A stretch of DNA of 64,000 nt from Podarcis vaucheri (taxonomy: Eukaryota). Location: the NCBI GenBank assembly GCA_965113315.1, contig OZ220371.1, one strand, 5' to 3'. Made by a program: the position numbers and the translations under genes. Position 1 is the stretch's first letter. Every line of letters starts with the position of its first letter. The notes under the pieces are model-generated. The model searched no databases. It was not told the DNA's origin and saw only the letters and a list, made by a program, of their open reading frames with translations. This document shows, in pieces, positions 61,322 through 64,000 of this stretch.

Positions 61322-63577
61322 TCAATTTGCCTTTGAAAGATTTTTTGGGCCTATCTTTTTATCTGTTAGTTGGATTTCATTCATTTTGGCAATGTCCATA
61401 GATGTATTATCGCCCAGGTACTCAATGGAATCAATTGAGGGGTGCAGCGTGCTAACGTTAGTGATCAGTACTCCTTTTTTTGGCGAGTCCACCTTGAGGT
61501 GTTCTATTTGACTGGTGCCAAGTTCATCCTCATCCAGGTATCTCATGCTGGTCCAGGAGCGCGTTGTGGTTGCCATAGGGATGGTTTCCTTCTTAGATGG
61601 TAGGTTGTTGCTGTCCCTTACGCACTGTGTTAGATCTGTTGTTGTCAGGTTTATCTCTGCAGCTGCAGAGGTAATATAAGGGTAGTCCTTCGTGGTTGCC
61701 ATAGGGATGGTTTCCTTCTTAGATGGTAGGTTGTTGCTGTCCCTTACGGGCTGTGTTGGATCTGTTGTTAACAGGTTTATCTCCGCAATTGTAGAGGTAT
61801 TATAAAAGTAATCTTTCATGAGGTCTGTCTTAGCTTTTTCAGAGAGGTTCTCTTTCTTCAATTGGTCCGTTGCCGGTTCTTTCTCTCTTACTTTTTCCTG
61901 AGCATTCATCTCTGTTAACTTATTTCTAAGGGTCTCCAGTCTTCTCAAGATCTCAGATTGGGCAAAGAAAGGCAACAATCCAAACTGGTTTATTAATGCC
62001 TTTTCTTCTGGATAGAAGTTATCCATCCCCTCATTAGGCAATCTCATCTCCTGTCTTAGTTTCAAGGGCCCTTGCTCAGTATGTTCCAGTTTGTCTTTTG
62101 AGTGTCCTCTCTCCTCCTTTGGTTTACAAGTAAATCTTATCTCAGCAGTCGTAAACTCATCAGGGAACAATTTCAAACATGTGCTGTTTTCGAAAAATCT
62201 TGTTACCGTTATCCTTTTCTTTGACAGCAGATGTCTTGATCTATATATATATTTAGCCAAGTTTTGATCTTTGAAGGAGGTAATCACTCGCAGAGAATAT
62301 CCATTGTAGAATATGAAATCTACTGAGGTAATGTCATTTAATTTTATTTTCCCTGGCAGCATATCATCTAAAATATTCACAAAATGCACCAAGCGTTCTT
62401 CCTGTGTAAGGAAGCCCTTTGGCTTCGGGTAGTTAAGAAAAGCTAACTTCCTATCTGCCAACATCAGTTTCCATCCTTTATCCTGGGGCAGGTCTTGCCC
62501 TGCTACTGGCTCATCTTGAAATCTGCCATAATCAATAGTGTGGGGTGAGTCTTCTTTAATATTTATGGATCCTTGGGGTTTCAGCATAGAGCACCCGGGT
62601 AGTGATTCCGTTTCCTCACTTGTTTTATTAGGCAGCAATGATGTTTCTTTCAGAGACTTCAGCTGGATCTTTTTTCCTGGATCCACACTGTTGTTCTCTC
62701 TGCTGCCATGTGTAGCAGGTTTGTTAGAGTTTGTTTTTGATTTTGTTGGAATCAGCTTATATAGTCTTTTCCAGCATACTTTGCATGCACGTCGGTTTGT
62801 AACAGATTTCCTTGCAGTTTTTATGTTCTTACTTTTCTTTTTAGTTTCAGCTTTCTTCTTATGGGATCTCTTACTAATGCCTCGCTTCTTTTGATTTACT
62901 TCAATAGGAAATTCAGTTTTAGGGGCAGATACATGCAGTCCTATGTCCTTTCCTTGGTGTAAATGATTTTCCGCTGCTGATCCTTGTGTGCACTTGCTGG
63001 TTGCTGGTTGCTTTGTATATTCTGGCCCTTGAGGGGTGGTTTGTGGATCAACACCATAGGGTTCTGAGCCTTTAGCTTGGAAGGGATAATTTTCCACTAA
63101 TGTCAGGAGCAGCCCGTTTGTTATTGTTAAGTATTTTTTCATAGCTGCCAGATCCAGATTTATAGAGAGCAGCCAGTCCTGAGGATAGCAGTCATTGTTT
63201 TCCGTCTGGGAGCCCATAGATGAAGTCTGGGGTTTCTGGGAGTTTCGGGTTTCTTCGTGTAGCTCTGAAGATAATATCTCAGCCAAGACTATTTCATGGG
63301 CCAGGCTCATTGTATTTCTATTTTGGTTGTTATTCTCTGTGTCCTGTATTCCTCTAGAGAAGGTTGAGTGATCTTGAGCAGCAGAGGGAAAAGGAAGAGC
63401 CTCATCCTGCTTCAACTCAGCCATCTCAGCCATCTTTTGCTCATTTCCATTTCCATTTTCGTTGTCCCTTGTGTGTAAAAAGTATTGCGTGATTTTACTC
63501 TGTTTCTCATAACACTCCTGGAACAGTGGGCTTGTCACTATCCCCAGGTCCCTACATTGCTTTCTGGTAAGTACCAT
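61322..63577 (-). CDS. LINE ORF1 (751 aa from the first ATG), putative RNA-binding protein
   Basis: Uninterrupted frame upstream of ORF2; Lys/Arg-rich tract with CxxC, RRM-like segment, coiled-coil-like helices, 42-aa tandem repeat. Confidence 0.8.
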   Translation of the reverse strand: MVLTRKQCRDLGIVTSPLFQECYEKQSKITQYFLHTRDNENGNGNEQKMAEMAELKQDEALPFPSAAQDHSTFSRGIQDTENNNQNRNTMSLAHEIVLAEILSSELHEETRNSQKPQTSSMGSQTENNDCYPQDWLLSINLDLAAMKKYLTITNGLLLTLVENYPFQAKGSEPYGVDPQTTPQGPEYTKQPATSKCTQGSAAENHLHQGKDIGLHVSAPKTEFPIEVNQKKRGISKRSHKKKAETKKKSKNIKTARKSVTNRRACKVCWKRLYKLIPTKSKTNSNKPATHGSRENNSVDPGKKIQLKSLKETSLLPNKTSEETESLPGCSMLKPQGSINIKEDSPHTIDYGRFQDEPVAGQDLPQDKGWKLMLADRKLAFLNYPKPKGFLTQEERLVHFVNILDDMLPGKIKLNDITSVDFIFYNGYSLRVITSFKDQNLAKYIYRSRHLLSKKRITVTRFFENSTCLKLFPDEFTTAEIRFTCKPKEERGHSKDKLEHTEQGPLKLRQEMRLPNEGMDNFYPEEKALINQFGLLPFFAQSEILRRLETLRNKLTEMNAQEKVREKEPATDQLKKENLSEKAKTDLMKDYFYNTSTIAEINLLTTDPTQPVRDSNNLPSKKETIPMATTKDYPYITSAAAEINLTTTDLTQCVRDSNNLPSKKETIPMATTTRSWTSMRYLDEDELGTSQIEHLKVDSPKKGVLITNVSTLHPSIDSIEYLGDNTSMDIAKMNEIQLTDKKIGPKNLSKAN

Positions 63578-63977
63578 TTGTAAATCTTTGTCCACCCAGC
63601 TATGGGCTAAGGTCCAAAATGAGGCAAGATTTGGGATAGCTGTTTGTAATTTGTAATTTGATAGCTTATAGTTCAGAGCGTAGCACGGAGTTGGCAATAA
63701 ATCAGCTGTCAACCGTTTTCCTTGTTGTCGGTCAGACTTGAGGGGTGCGGCGTCGCGGGGAGCAAAACCCTCCGGACATCAAGATAACAAGGTAGCAAAG
63801 GAGCTCTTTTTCTTTAGAAGCAGCAAGCTAAAAGGACTATTAAACTACTTAAAAAACTCTGGAGGAGTTAAAAAATATTATAAAGGGAGTTTCAAAGGTT
63901 GGCCCGGTGTCGAGCCTGTTTAAAAAGCAGATTTAGAACTTGCCTCAGATAACCTCCAGAACTCTGCAGCTAGTTCG

Positions 63978-63988
63978 GCGGCCATCTT
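63978..63988 (-). promoter_or_regulatory. YY1-type motif in the LINE 5' leader
   Basis: AAGATGGCCGC on the element's sense strand, near its presumed 5' end. Confidence 0.5.
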
Positions 63989-64000
63989 CGCCTCCTGCCG

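Larger units (their letters stand above)
57714..64000 (-). mobile_element. Intact two-ORF non-LTR retrotransposon, most likely RTE-X clade; 5' end at or beyond the window edge
   Basis: 3' end CTGGTCTATGACCGTAATAAA + (ATTC)n; ORF2 with APE, RT and C-terminal CCHC; long ORF1; GC-rich 5' leader. Clade assignment is from motif recall. Confidence 0.8.

Noticed and set aside
61566-61817. CRISPR-like repeat-spacer array
   Set aside because: Only two in-frame coding units with homologous 'spacers', in eukaryotic context and with no cas genes.
63578-63712. ORF1 start at TTG 63712 (796 aa)
   Set aside because: Bacterial-style alternative start; in a eukaryote the first ATG at 63577 is more likely.
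1-64000. Strand bias of retroelements indicating host gene orientation
   Set aside because: Insertions occur on both strands (L1, BovB and CR1 on plus; L2, RTE-X-like and LTR on minus), so no reliable inference is possible.

Overview
This is eukaryotic, gene-poor (intronic or intergenic) vertebrate DNA. Sauria SINE, RTE-BovB, CR1, L2, Penelope remnants and hAT MITEs point to a squamate reptile, probably a lacertid lizard (inference from repeat content). No host protein-coding gene can be recognised; only weak candidate exons occur at 45.6-47.8 kb. The window holds two apparently intact minus-strand LINEs. One is a single-ORF L2 (about 24980-28490, 994-aa endonuclease-RT). The other is a two-ORF RTE-X-like LINE (about 57714 to beyond 64000). 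Its ORF1 and ORF2 are in the same frame and separated only by one UGA in a UGA-CUA context, followed by a short stem-loop, and there is no AUG anywhere in the ORF2 endonuclease domain. This suggests programmed stop-codon readthrough giving a 1873-aa ORF1-ORF2 fusion. Also present are a Penelope fragment with a minimal hammerhead ribozyme motif, a full-length degenerate IR/DR Tc1 transposon, solo LTRs, truncated L1/BovB/CR1 copies (L1 and BovB with target-site duplications, TSDs), and several nested insertions. All family assignments come from recognising motifs, not from database searches.
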